From NCBI GenBank assembly GCA_963761305.1, contig CAVXGK010000002.1, positions 2,304,001 to 2,368,000 on the forward strand: a stretch of DNA of 64,000 nt. The letters are read 5' to 3'. The DNA comes from an uncultured Gemmatimonadaceae bacterium. Lineage in GTDB: Bacteria; Gemmatimonadota; Gemmatimonadetes; Gemmatimonadales; Gemmatimonadaceae. How positions within the stretch are numbered: the first letter of the stretch is position 1; each line of letters begins with the position of its first letter. A program made the position numbers and the translations under genes. Shown here piece after piece: positions 16,683-30,391 of the stretch. The notes under the pieces were generated by a model. The model was not told the origin of the DNA, ran no database searches, and saw only the letters and a list, made by a program, of their open reading frames with translations.

Positions 16683-18686
16683 TTACGGCCCACCCGGCGT
16701 CAGGCTCCTGTACAGGGCGCCGATCGTCGACGACTTGACGCGCACCGGATCGAGCTCGTAGTAGCGATTGTCGAGGAACCGGCCTGTCGTCGGGAAGTAC
16801 GGCGGCGGATTGACCACCGCGCACCGGTCGTAGCTGTATCGCTTGACGTAGCCTTGACCGCTCGTGAGGCCAACCGGTCCGCGATTGTTCTGAATCAGGC
16901 CACCGGTGAGGTAAAGGCACCCGTGCCCGTCCGTCGACGTCCCACAGGTTAGCGCGTTGGTCGGACCGCTATTGTAGTTCTCCACGGTGAACGACGTTCC
17001 GAGCGCCATGATCACCGCGTCCAAGTTGAGGTCTGGGGTATCGTCAAGGCTGCGATAGACCGTAGGGCTCCCCGTGTTGATGACCTGGGGCGTGTTGATG
17101 CTGTTGTCGGCCACGTACGTGTCCTGCCCCGAGATCGTGCCCAGAATGTCGATGCACAGGCCTTTGGCGGGATCGTTTGCATACCGCACGTCGTCGAGAA
17201 TGACCAGCGTGTTGGGCGTGTACAGGGTCACGTCGCCGCCGACCACGCCGCTGATGCCGATCGTGCCGCCGGCGTAGATCACGCCCTTGGTGTTCGTGTT
17301 GTATCCGCGATATAACGGGAAAAGGTATTTCGCGTCCCACGTGCGAACGGCGGAGACCGCGGCAGGGGGCGTGTTCGAGTACAGCGTCCACGCGCCGTAT
17401 TGATCACTTGGCGTGAATGTCGAGTCCTCACCACCCTTGTGAATCGCGGCATTCGAGTAACCCAGCGCCGTCGTGCGCGCTACCGCGACGAGGTGCGGAT
17501 CGCCGCCCAGGTAACACCGGACGTTGGGGTGCTGGAGCACGCCACTGAACGTCGCGTTGTTCGTCTTCACCGAGTCCGCTTCCGCTCGCGACGCCGCGAC
17601 GTTCGCCGCCGTCACTCCGCCCGGCCGCCCGCCGGCGGTCACCGTGTCGAACCAGGTGTTGCTCGAGCTCGAATGGTAGTGCACGGCGAACGGGAAGAAC
17701 TTGAGGGTCGTGTCGCCACTCGTCTTGACCTTGTGCCAGTCCCCGCAGTTCGTGAGCGACGTCGCTGACGGCAGTGAGCCGCTCGGCCAATCGGCGCGCA
17801 GCCACGCGCTGTTTCCCGCCTTCGCCGTGTAGACCCGGAAGAAGCCGTCGTTGGCGGCCGTCGAGTCACCGGCGCCGTTGAGATCCGTCGCAAGGAACTC
17901 GAGCCGCATCAGCACACCGGTGGAGGCACCGGTGTTCGGCGGCGAGAAATTGAACCCGCTCACTGTGGCGAGGCCGCTGAGCGACGCAAGCGTCGTCAGC
18001 GTCGGAAGTGGGATCGGCTTCTGGCTCACCTCATACCCGTTGGCAAACGTCGCCGCGGTCGCATTCACGATGAGCGGCGCGGCCGTGCCGACGTCGTTGT
18101 GGAAGTTGGCGCCGCCGGTTCCGATGGTGATCGTGTCATTCGACCAGACGGGGCCCCACAGCGCGTCGCCGTTGGCGAATACGATTGCGCCGCCGGACGC
18201 GCTGTTTTCGCTATTGGTCCAGTAGGCGAACTTCGCGAAGCTCTCCTGCGACAGCTCGAGGCGGCGCACGAAGCCCGTGCCATTCCGAAGGTCGCGCGCT
18301 TCGGCAACGACGCTCGCGAAGCGCCCGAACTGCCCGCTCGTCGAACCGGTCGGCCCGGCGTAGAGGTTCACCACGAGGCCGGGGACCGTCTGGCCATCGG
18401 CTGTGGCGATCGGAGCCTTGTTCATCATGGTCACGTAGCTGCTGCTCGGCAGTGCCGCGGGATTGAAGTTGAGCTCCGCTTTGCCGATCTGGAGCGCGGC
18501 CTCCGAGGTGTACTTGAGGTCGTCTTCCTTCTCATACGCCTTGCCGAGCAGCGTGGCATTGGTGGAGAGATAGATCGACGACAGCGCGAGCGCGCCGACC
18601 GCGATGACGAAGAAAATCGACACGAAGAGCGCCGCGCCGCGGCGCGCTCGGGGGGATTTGCGCTGTGAACGAGAGAAGAGCCTCAT
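16683..18686 (-). CDS. PilX/GspK-like minor pilin with large C-terminal domain, 667 aa
   Basis: RRG-AALFVSIFFV prepilin-like N-terminus lacking Glu5; last gene of the pilin cluster; C-terminal GYVKRYSYD...PPYFP. Confidence 0.75.
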   Translation of the reverse strand: MRLFSRSQRKSPRARRGAALFVSIFFVIAVGALALSSIYLSTNATLLGKAYEKEDDLKYTSEAALQIGKAELNFNPAALPSSSYVTMMNKAPIATADGQTVPGLVVNLYAGPTGSTSGQFGRFASVVAEARDLRNGTGFVRRLELSQESFAKFAYWTNSENSASGGAIVFANGDALWGPVWSNDTITIGTGGANFHNDVGTAAPLIVNATAATFANGYEVSQKPIPLPTLTTLASLSGLATVSGFNFSPPNTGASTGVLMRLEFLATDLNGAGDSTAANDGFFRVYTAKAGNSAWLRADWPSGSLPSATSLTNCGDWHKVKTSGDTTLKFFPFAVHYHSSSSNTWFDTVTAGGRPGGVTAANVAASRAEADSVKTNNATFSGVLQHPNVRCYLGGDPHLVAVARTTALGYSNAAIHKGGEDSTFTPSDQYGAWTLYSNTPPAAVSAVRTWDAKYLFPLYRGYNTNTKGVIYAGGTIGISGVVGGDVTLYTPNTLVILDDVRYANDPAKGLCIDILGTISGQDTYVADNSINTPQVINTGSPTVYRSLDDTPDLNLDAVIMALGTSFTVENYNSGPTNALTCGTSTDGHGCLYLTGGLIQNNRGPVGLTSGQGYVKRYSYDRCAVVNPPPYFPTTGRFLDNRYYELDPVRVKSSTIGALYRSLTPGGP

Positions 18687-18696
18687 AAATGAACCT

Positions 18697-19869
18697 CTAC
18701 GGGATGACGACGGACGACGACTGCGCGGTCGGCGACGTCGCCGGGCTGCAATCCACGGCGGCGACTGCGTACACCCAGGTCTGGCCGCTCTGCACATCGA
18801 TGTCGTTGAAGCTGTAGCTGCCGGCCCCTGCGGGGACGCCCGCGAACGGTTCGTCGAACGTGGCGACGCTCGACAGGCGACGGTACACGGCGTAGCGGAT
18901 GACATCCTTCTCACCCGCGCCGTCATCGACCGACTTGGTCCACGCGACCGTGACGTAGGTCTGCGGCACGGTGGTGCCGTTCGCCGCGGTCACCGAGGCC
19001 GTCACGGACCCCGGCGCCAGCGGCGGGTTGCCACACGTGAAGTGGTGCAAGAGGCCGGCATTCATCAGGTGGATTATCGCGCGCTGCTGGCGGAGCTTCG
19101 CTTGGCCGGAGCGCGGATCATGGAAAACGGTGGTGAACTGCAGGCGCACTTCGCGGATGCTGTCGGTCAGCGCAGAGTGCGCGGTGTCGGCCGTCGAGCC
19201 GTGGATCGCCGCCGTGTGGATGATCGGGAGCGCTGACGGGGGAATCTCGGTGAGATTCCCGAGCGTGTCGCTCTTGAAGTAATGGAAGATCGTGTCGCCC
19301 GGATTGTAGACGATGCCACGAGCGACGACGCGAGCCGGTTTCGCGTTCACACGACGGAACAGGACGTAGTCGTAGCTGTACGAGCTCGTCGAGTCGTGCG
19401 ACAACCAATACGAAATCGTCTCCGCGTTGCTGGGTACGCCCGGGCTCGACGTGTACGTCGTTTCGGGATAGGTCGTCGACGTCCTGGGCAACGTGATCGC
19501 TTCATTCGTTCGGAGCACGTCGACGCTCGCGGAATCCGTATTGGGGTTGATGTACACGGACCCCATGTCGCCCGTGTCGAGCGCGACCAAGTCGGCATTG
19601 AACGTCAAGCTCAGCGTGTCGGCCATGACGAGGAGCGGCTGCTGGTCGACGACGCCGACGCCCGCCACCCGAAGCTCGCGCTCGAGCATTGAGACGGCGA
19701 ACCGCGAGTTCTGCTGGGCGTCGAGGTAGCCCGACTCCGTCGAGACCGACGCCGATTGTTTGCGGAAGAGCTGAGCGGTCATGCCGATCATCGCCAACAT
19801 CAGCGACATTGCCAGGATCATTTCGAGCAGCGTGAAGCCGCGACGGCTTCTGAGTATTGGAGCGTTCAT
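18697..19869 (-). CDS. PilW-like prepilin with C-terminal fibronectin-III-like domain
   Basis: RRG-FTLLEM, ERELRVAG; C-terminal VTVAW...YAVYRR...YAVAAVD. Confidence 0.8.
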   Translation of the reverse strand: MNAPILRSRRGFTLLEMILAMSLMLAMIGMTAQLFRKQSASVSTESGYLDAQQNSRFAVSMLERELRVAGVGVVDQQPLLVMADTLSLTFNADLVALDTGDMGSVYINPNTDSASVDVLRTNEAITLPRTSTTYPETTYTSSPGVPSNAETISYWLSHDSTSSYSYDYVLFRRVNAKPARVVARGIVYNPGDTIFHYFKSDTLGNLTEIPPSALPIIHTAAIHGSTADTAHSALTDSIREVRLQFTTVFHDPRSGQAKLRQQRAIIHLMNAGLLHHFTCGNPPLAPGSVTASVTAANGTTVPQTYVTVAWTKSVDDGAGEKDVIRYAVYRRLSSVATFDEPFAGVPAGAGSYSFNDIDVQSGQTWVYAVAAVDCSPATSPTAQSSSVVIP

Positions 19870-19883
19870 CGTGGCCTCCTGCC

Positions 19884-20309
19884 TTAGTAGGGGGCGATGG
19901 TGGTCGTCTTGCGAACCGACCCGGTGATCTGGCGGTGCGTGACCTGCACCGTCACGATCTTGTAGTCGATCGTGTCGGCGAATGACCCGCCGACGCGATG
20001 AACCCACGTTTGCCGGGTGTACTGCGGATAGCCCGGGATCGCGTTCTCGGTTGCCACGTACAGGCTCTCGATCGCCGTGTAGCGCGGCGCACCCTTGATC
20101 GTTTCGAGGCGGTCCGCGGCGAGCTGCGCGGCGGTGATGCGAAGGCGCGACGTCGACGTCGCCTGCGCGAGTCGGACGGAGAACATCGCCAGCCCGAGGA
20201 TCACGCCGGCCAGAATCACGAGCGCGACGATGACCTCGACCAGCGACAGACCTCGTCGCGGCCGGCGAGCACCGCGCACGGGACTCGAACAATGTGCGTG
20301 GCGGCTCAT
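19884..20309 (-). CDS. PilV-like minor pilin
   Basis: RRG-LSLVEVIVAL; ATGA overlap with the upstream gene. Confidence 0.8.
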   Translation of the reverse strand: MSRHAHCSSPVRGARRPRRGLSLVEVIVALVILAGVILGLAMFSVRLAQATSTSRLRITAAQLAADRLETIKGAPRYTAIESLYVATENAIPGYPQYTRQTWVHRVGGSFADTIDYKIVTVQVTHRQITGSVRKTTTIAPY

Positions 20310-20899
20310 TGACTGACCTGAACCCATTTCAAGGCCTCGGCATTCAGTCGGTACCACGAGACGCGGCCGGTGGCCTGCGTCACAGTGACTGCTCGGTACC
20401 ACGGGGGACCGTGGGCAGCCACCTTGATGTAGATCTCCGCGTCGCTGCTGGCGGAGCCGTCCCGGTGGAACGTGATCGTCGGGTAGCCGTTGAGGAGCGA
20501 CATCGTCGGCCCGCTCACGGCCTGGTGAATGACGTCCCCGGAGACCCCCAGGGTCCCCACGTCGGTGAAGAGCACGCCGTTGTCGAGGCCACGCCAGAAG
20601 ACGTGTTCCGAACTGTCGGCGACTCCATCGCCATTCGCGTCCCAGATTGTGCGAATGCGCTCGCCCGTCGTGTCGAAGCTGACCAAGATGTCGTGCTGCC
20701 GCGTGATGGCCTGACGTTGCGCGTACTGCAGCGTGGTTCGGACGATGCCCGCCACGGCGTCGGCCTTGATCTTCGTCGTGTCGATCCGCGGCAGGGCGAG
20801 CGTCATCGTGATTCCAGACACGACGACGACCAACATCAGCTCGGCGAGCGTGAAAGCCGGGCGGAGAAACCTTGGAGCCTCTCGTGCGGGCTCGTACAT
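20306..20899 (-). CDS. FimT/GspH-like minor pilin
   Basis: PA-FTLAELMLV, LQYAQRQAI, ITFHRDG, TGRV; AAGGGGG upstream of ATG 20899. Confidence 0.8.
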   Translation of the reverse strand: MYEPAREAPRFLRPAFTLAELMLVVVVSGITMTLALPRIDTTKIKADAVAGIVRTTLQYAQRQAITRQHDILVSFDTTGERIRTIWDANGDGVADSSEHVFWRGLDNGVLFTDVGTLGVSGDVIHQAVSGPTMSLLNGYPTITFHRDGSASSDAEIYIKVAAHGPPWYRAVTVTQATGRVSWYRLNAEALKWVQVSQ

Positions 20900-21096
20900 A
20901 TTGGCCCCCTTCTGAGTTCCTGCCCACCCCCAAAGGCGTCGGGGGAGTGCACAGACGCTAACGAAGACGCGGCCGAGGGTAGTCATCTGGGCGGCAAGAA
21001 CAGTCACATTGGGGCGTTATTGGCCTCCCGCGTGACTGCCGAAATGCCCGATCGTCGTTGCAGTAAGCGAGTCGCCCGTCGACCGCCAATCCAACC

Positions 21097-21931
21097 ATGG
21101 GCGTCATTGCCACCTTCCTCCCGACCGCCGCCCACTTGCTGCGCGTGCGCACGGCCATCCGCGACCGCCATGAGATCATCGCCTGCGAGGACTGGCCCTC
21201 GCTGATCCACGCGTGCGAACGCCAAGCGGCGAGGGTTGCGCTGGTGGACCTGTTCGCCGGCGGAACGACTAACCTCGCCGCGATCCGACAGATGAAGCGC
21301 CGGATTCCGAGGCTTACCCTGATCGCCTACGTGGACGTCGTCGCGTCGCGGGCGCACGACCTCTTCGATGCCGGCCGGCTGGGCATGGACGCACTGGTCA
21401 TCGCCGACAAGGACGATGCGCCTCGCACGCTGCTCGCCACGATCGAACAGGCTGAGTCACGGAGCCTCGGTTCGCTCGTTCGTCTGGCGCTTGACGGCAT
21501 CGACCCGACAGCGCGGGACGCGCTACTGATGTCGGTGACCCGCGCACACCAACGCCTCTCGCCTGAAGGGCTGGCCCGACTGCTCTCGCTGCCGAAGCGC
21601 ACGGTGTCCCAACGGCTCGCGCGGGCCGGGTTTCCGTCCCCGCAGCGATTGCTATCGTGGGGTCGGTTGATCGTCGCCGCCCACCTCCTCGAGGACCGGC
21701 AGCGCAGCGCTGGCCAGGTCGCCACCGCACTCGACTTTCCGTCGGCGAGCGCGTTTCGCAACCTCTGCCAGCGCTATCTCGGCGCGACGCCCACTGAGAT
21801 TCGGGAACGGGGCGGCGCGGGCTACGCGCTCGAGACCGTGCTGCTCGAGATCGGCGCTCCGATCAAGGTGCTCGAACTATTCGCCGACCCTCGGCCGGTT
21901 CCGGCACCGGAGGTCGGCAAGGTCGACGCGG

Positions 21932-21939
<8 letters not shown>
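21097..21939 (+). CDS. AraC-like HTH transcriptional regulator with receiver-like N-terminus
   Basis: [16 protein letters not shown] and [25 protein letters not shown] double-HTH pattern. Confidence 0.75.
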
Positions 21940-22579
<640 letters not shown>

Positions 22580-22605
22580 ATCGACTCCAGATAGCAGGTT
22601 TTTCG

Positions 22606-22634
22606 TTGACGGGTTCCCGGCCCGTACATACCTT
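22606..22634 (+). promoter_or_regulatory. sigma70-type promoter for coaE
   Basis: TTGACG-17 nt-TACCTT. Confidence 0.6.
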
Positions 22635-22676
22635 GGCGTCCGGGCGTAACCCTCAAAAGCTGCCCGAGCACCTTAC

Positions 22677-23303
22677 ATGCTACTCGTTGGTCTCACCGGT
22701 AACATCGGCAGCGGCAAGTCCACGGTCGCCCGCATGCTCTCCGAGCGCGGGGCGACGGTCATCGACGCGGACGTTCTGGCCCGCCGCGCCGTCGAACTCG
22801 GAACGCCTGCCTACGACAGAATCGTGTCGCGGTGGGGAAGCTCCGTGCTGTCGCCCGACGGGCACCTCGACCGCGCGGCACTGCGTCGGGTCGTCTTCGC
22901 GGACCACGCGCAACTCGAAGAACTTAACGAGATCGTCCATCCCGAAGTCGAGCGGCTGCGCGAGCGCCTCGTCGAACAGGCCCGCGCGCGCGGCGAGCGC
23001 GTGGTCATCTGCGACATCCCGCTGCTGCTCGAGAAGGGAATGGCCGATCTGTTCGACCGCATCGTTCTCGTCGACGCGCCGCGACCGGTGCGACTCGAGC
23101 GCTTGCTCCAGGACCGCGGGCTTCAGACGACCGAAGCGATGGAGATGATCGCCGCCCAGATGCCCGCTGAGCTCAAGCGCGCCCGCGCCGATTTCATCAT
23201 CGAGAACAACGGCACGCTGACCCAACTCGAGCGTCGCGTACAGGATCTCTGGGTCTCGCTCTCGCGCGAGCCCACGTCGGCGCGTTCGGCCGCGCGCTCG
23301 TAG
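22677..23303 (+). CDS. coaE: Dephospho-CoA kinase
   Basis: VGLTGNIGSGKSTV, IDAD, IVHP, DIPLLLE, AQMP. Confidence 0.96.
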   Translation: MLLVGLTGNIGSGKSTVARMLSERGATVIDADVLARRAVELGTPAYDRIVSRWGSSVLSPDGHLDRAALRRVVFADHAQLEELNEIVHPEVERLRERLVEQARARGERVVICDIPLLLEKGMADLFDRIVLVDAPRPVRLERLLQDRGLQTTEAMEMIAAQMPAELKRARADFIIENNGTLTQLERRVQDLWVSLSREPTSARSAARS

Positions 23304-23342
23304 CGCCACTGCCCGATCGGCCGGTCCTCCGGTCCCCCGCAA

Positions 23343-23371
23343 TTGACGCCCCTTCCCACGGCCGATAGACT
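23343..23371 (+). promoter_or_regulatory. sigma70-type promoter for gcvH
   Basis: TTGACG-17 nt-TAGACT. Confidence 0.65.
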
Positions 23372-23409
23372 CCGCGCGCGTTCGCCATCACCGCCGACTG
23401 GAGCACTAC

Positions 23410-23796
23410 GTGTCCGATATCCCGAAGGACCTGCTGTACACCGAAGACCACGAATACCTGAAGCCCACCGACGACGCGAACGTCGTCGCGATCGGCATCA
23501 CCGACTACGCGCAGGGTGAGCTCGGCGACGTCGTCTTCATCGAGCTCCCGAAGGTCGGCGCCTCGTTCTCGAAACACGACGTGTTCGGAACGGTGGAAGC
23601 GGTGAAGGCGGTGTCCGAGCTCTACTCGCCGGTCTCCGGCGACGTCGTCGCCGTCAACGACCGCCTGGACAAAGAGCCGGCGCTCGTCAACAGCTCGCCC
23701 TACGGCGACGGCTGGATGATCAAGGTCCGGCTCAAAGATCCGAACGAGCGCAAAGCGCTCCTCGACGCCGGCGCCTACTCGGCACACCTCGGATAG
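23410..23796 (+). CDS. gcvH: Glycine cleavage system H protein
   Basis: GITDYAQGELGD, lipoyl-Lys motif VEAVKAVSE, PYGDGW. Confidence 0.96.
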   Translation: MSDIPKDLLYTEDHEYLKPTDDANVVAIGITDYAQGELGDVVFIELPKVGASFSKHDVFGTVEAVKAVSELYSPVSGDVVAVNDRLDKEPALVNSSPYGDGWMIKVRLKDPNERKALLDAGAYSAHLG

Positions 23797-23865
23797 CGAA
23801 ACGACCGCTCCGCCCGACGGACGGTGGCGGCAGGTCGCCGCACCCCGCCACCGCCCACCGCACCT

Positions 23866-26768
<2,903 letters not shown>

Positions 26769-26886
26769 GCAAATCCTCGATCGCGGGCGGGGACAGGCCC
26801 GATGAGTTCTGGAGGGAGCGACAACAGCGCCTTGAATTTATGTTAGGATCAAACCCTCCGCCCCGACTTCCTTTTCGCTACGCCTG

Positions 26887-27666
26887 ATGCCCGGCCAGCG
26901 CTGGCGTCTTCTGGTCACCCCCGCCGCACCGGGAGCCGAGAACATGGCGCTCGACGAGGCCCTCATGACGCGCGCGCGCCAGTCCGGCGAGTGGGCCCTG
27001 CGCGTCTACGCCTGGTCGGCGCCGACGATATCGCTCGGTCGAAATCAGTCCGCAATGCGACACTATGACCGAGAGCGCATCCGGCGACAGGGGCTCGCCG
27101 TAGTCCGGCGCCCCACCGGCGGTCGCGCCATCCTCCACCATCGCGAGATCACCTACAGCGTGACCGGACCGGCGTTGCACGCCGGGTCGGAGCGAGAGTC
27201 GTACGGGCGAATCACACGTTTGCTCGTCCGGGCATTGGAGAGCCTCGGTGTTCGGGCAGCCGTGGCGCCGCGCAAGGAGCGGGCGCGCGCCCCCGACGCG
27301 ACTCCATGCTTCGAGCGGCCGGGCGAAGGTGAGTTGACCTTCGAGGGGCGGAAGCTGGCCGGAAGCGCACAATGGCGCTCCGACGGTGCACTCCTCCAGC
27401 ATGGCTCGATTCTCGTCGGCGACGACCAGGGGCGGCTCTCCGAGTTCGCGTTGGCGGCACAGCCCGACCTCCCCGAGCCCGCGACGTTGGCTCAGGCGAT
27501 GGGGCGGACGCCGTCGCTGGACGAAGCGGCAGCAAGCTTCGCCGCCGCCGTGAGGGAGCTCGAGGATCCGCACGTGGCCCCCCTGGAAGTCGACGATGAT
27601 TTGCGTGCCCGCGTGACGTCACTCATCGTCCAGTATTCGGATGATTCATGGACGTGGAGGCGATGA
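26887..27666 (+). CDS. Lipoate-protein ligase A family catalytic domain (LipM/LplA-like)
   Basis: NMALDEAL, RRPTGGRAILH, KLAGSAQ, LQHGS; 259 aa, no LplA C-terminal domain. Confidence 0.88.
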   Translation: MPGQRWRLLVTPAAPGAENMALDEALMTRARQSGEWALRVYAWSAPTISLGRNQSAMRHYDRERIRRQGLAVVRRPTGGRAILHHREITYSVTGPALHAGSERESYGRITRLLVRALESLGVRAAVAPRKERARAPDATPCFERPGEGELTFEGRKLAGSAQWRSDGALLQHGSILVGDDQGRLSEFALAAQPDLPEPATLAQAMGRTPSLDEAAASFAAAVRELEDPHVAPLEVDDDLRARVTSLIVQYSDDSWTWRR

Positions 27667-27740
27667 GCGAATGCCCCCTCCATCGTGCTCCGCGAAGTGA
27701 TGCTCTTCGGGCTGTCCCACCCTCCGTCACCCGATTGAAC

Positions 27741-29429
27741 ATGCGCATACCGATCCTGGCGTTTGTGTCACTGGCGCTACTCGCCGCGTGTTCGGGCGAA
27801 GGTACGAAACCGGCCGCGGGGCCAACCGGGGGCACGTTCATCTTCGTAGCACCTGGCGACGCCGCGGCCGTATTTCCTCCGTTTGTCGGAGAGGAGAATG
27901 GCGCGATGGTGGTCGGCTTGGTCTTCGACCGTTTGGCAGATATCTCGGACAAACTCGAGACGGCGGGAGACAAGACGTTCACTCCGCGCCTCGCCAAGAG
28001 TTGGGCGTGGGCACCTGACTCACTCTCGATCGCGTTCTCAATCGATCCGCGCGCGCGATGGCACGACGGCAAGCCGGTCACCGCGGCGGATGTTCGCTAC
28101 AGCTTCAAAGTCTTCACCGATTCGGCCGTGGCGGCTCCCGCAGGGCCGCTGCTCGCGAACGTCGACTCCGTTTCGGTGCGCGACCCGTCGACCCCGGTCT
28201 TTTGGTTCAAAAAGCACACGCCCGAGCAGTTCTACGACGTCGCCTATCAACTGTGGATTCTTCCAGAGCACGTGTACGGATCGATTCCGATGGCCAAGCT
28301 CCGGACGTCCGCCGCGATCCGGTCGCCGATCGGCAGCGGCCCGTTCCGCTTCGTGCGTTGGGAACCGGGCGTGCGCATCGAGCTCGACGCCGACACGGCG
28401 AACTATCACGGCCGGCCACCGCTCGATCGCGTGATCATAAACCCTGTCATCAATCAGGCTGTTCGACAAACGCAGGTGCTCACGGGTCAGGCGGACTACA
28501 TGCACGCCTTCCCGCCCGATCAATCCGGAAAGCTGGACAGCAGCTCGGTCGCGCGGCCCATCGCTGTGCCCCTTTTGACGACCGTGTTCATGGTGATGAA
28601 CCGGTACGTACCGAAGTCCAAGCGCGTCCCTCACCCGGTGTTCGGCGACATCCGGGTTCGGCGCGCGATCTCGATGGCGCTCAACCGCGCGGCCATGCTC
28701 CAGAACGTGTTCGGCGCCGCGGGGCGAATCGCTTACGGCCCGGCTCCCATGAGACTCGCTGCCGCCGACAGCACGCTCAAGCTTCCTCCGTACGACACGA
28801 CAGCCGCGAACGCGCTGCTCGATTCGGCGGGGTGGCGCCGCGGATCGAATGGAATGCGCGCGAAGGCGGGCAAGCCGTTGCGCTTCGAGCTGCTCATCCC
28901 GGCGACGAGCGGCGCCCGCAACCGCTATGGCATCCTGATCCAGGATGCGCTCCAGCACATCGGCGCGGAGGTGGTCATCGTCCCGGTCGATAACAACACC
29001 TACCAAGACAGAACGGTTGCCGGCGACCACGCCGGCAATTTCGAAGCGGCGATTCACGCCTTCAACGGAGATCCAAGCCCGAGCGGGCTGCGACAGATCT
29101 GGGGGACCGCTGGCATCAGCCCCCAGGGGCTGAACCTCCTGCTCTACTCGAATCCCAAGGTCGACGCTCTGCTCGACAGTCTCTCTACGTCGTTCGACCC
29201 CGCCCAGGTAAAGGCGTACACGTCGCGTGCGCTCCAGTTGGTCGTCGACGACGTGCCCGCCGTTTGGCTGTACGACCAGAACTACGTGGACGCGGTGAAT
29301 CGGCGACTCACGGTTGGGCCGATACGGGCCGACGGATGGTGGTACACGCTGCCGACTTGGTCGATCGCCCCGAACAAGCGTATCGATCGCGACCGGTTCG
29401 GATTGACACCTCCCCCGACCGCGCGCTAG
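27741..29429 (+). CDS. Peptide ABC transporter substrate-binding lipoprotein (family 5)
   Basis: Lipobox LLAAC; WHDGKPVTAADV, IGSGPF, DIRVRRAI. Confidence 0.9.
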   Translation: MRIPILAFVSLALLAACSGEGTKPAAGPTGGTFIFVAPGDAAAVFPPFVGEENGAMVVGLVFDRLADISDKLETAGDKTFTPRLAKSWAWAPDSLSIAFSIDPRARWHDGKPVTAADVRYSFKVFTDSAVAAPAGPLLANVDSVSVRDPSTPVFWFKKHTPEQFYDVAYQLWILPEHVYGSIPMAKLRTSAAIRSPIGSGPFRFVRWEPGVRIELDADTANYHGRPPLDRVIINPVINQAVRQTQVLTGQADYMHAFPPDQSGKLDSSSVARPIAVPLLTTVFMVMNRYVPKSKRVPHPVFGDIRVRRAISMALNRAAMLQNVFGAAGRIAYGPAPMRLAAADSTLKLPPYDTTAANALLDSAGWRRGSNGMRAKAGKPLRFELLIPATSGARNRYGILIQDALQHIGAEVVIVPVDNNTYQDRTVAGDHAGNFEAAIHAFNGDPSPSGLRQIWGTAGISPQGLNLLLYSNPKVDALLDSLSTSFDPAQVKAYTSRALQLVVDDVPAVWLYDQNYVDAVNRRLTVGPIRADGWWYTLPTWSIAPNKRIDRDRFGLTPPPTAR

Positions 29430-29431
29430 TC

Positions 29432-30391
29432 GTGCGACGGCGCCTGCTGGCGCGCCTCGGACAGTCGGTCATCGTCGTCTTCATCGTCACGACGATCGCG
29501 TTTTTCTTGATCCACTCCGCGCCCGGCGATCCGTTTTCGTACGATTCGGGGCGCCTCACGCCGGCGATTCGAGCCCGCTGGCGCGCGGAGTTCGGTTACG
29601 ACCGGCCGCTCGCCGTTCAGTACGGGAAGTATCTCTGGAGCGTCGCGCACGGGCAGCTCGGCTATTCCACGTTCCGAAGCGAACCGGTCTCCGTCGTTAT
29701 CGCTGAAGCATTGCCGCGTACACTCGCCTTGGCGGGACTGGGACTGTTGCTCAGCCTCGCCTTGGGCGTGGTGATCGGCACGCTGCAAGCAGCGCGTCGT
29801 GGTGGTTGGTTCGATCGCATCAGCTCCGCCGTGCTGCTCTTCATCTACTCGCTTCCCGATTTCTGGGGAGCGCTCATGGTCCTCCTGCTGTTCGCGTACT
29901 GGTGGCAGATCCTCCCGGCCGGCGGCATGTACGACCCGATGCACGACTACATGAGCCCGCGGCAGGCGATCGTCGATCGGTTGAAGCATTTCATTCTCCC
30001 GCTGTCGTGTCTCGTCGTCCTCACGATGGCGGGCATTACGCGCTATCAACGGGCCGCGATACTCGAGGCGCTTCCGGCGGACCACGTGCGATCCGCGCGG
30101 GCGAAGGGCGTCTCCGAGCACGGCGTCGTGTGGCGGCACGCCTTCCGAACCGCGCTCGCTCCCATGATCACGTTGCTCGGCGTCATGTTTCCGGCGTTGA
30201 TCGGCGGAAGTTTGTTCATCGAGCGCGTCTTCTCGTGGCCGGGCATGGGGATGATGGCCGCCGATGCCGTCGTGTTTCGCGACTACGATCTCGTAACCGC
30301 CACCGTCATCGTCGGCGCCGTGCTCGTCGTCGTCGGCAATTTGGTCGCCGACGTGCTGCAAGTGGCTCTCGATCCACGCGTCCGTGAATAG
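29432..30391 (+). CDS. Peptide ABC transporter permease (OppB/DppB-like)
   Basis: APGDP, ARAKG, FSWPGMG, LDPRV. Confidence 0.92.
   Translation: MRRRLLARLGQSVIVVFIVTTIAFFLIHSAPGDPFSYDSGRLTPAIRARWRAEFGYDRPLAVQYGKYLWSVAHGQLGYSTFRSEPVSVVIAEALPRTLALAGLGLLLSLALGVVIGTLQAARRGGWFDRISSAVLLFIYSLPDFWGALMVLLLFAYWWQILPAGGMYDPMHDYMSPRQAIVDRLKHFILPLSCLVVLTMAGITRYQRAAILEALPADHVRSARAKGVSEHGVVWRHAFRTALAPMITLLGVMFPALIGGSLFIERVFSWPGMGMMAADAVVFRDYDLVTATVIVGAVLVVVGNLVADVLQVALDPRVRE

Noticed and set aside
26769..26886. Glycine riboswitch upstream of gcvP
   Set aside because: Only 118 bp shared with a divergent gene, and no recognisable GGAGA...CCGAAG...CTCTCAGG aptamer pattern.
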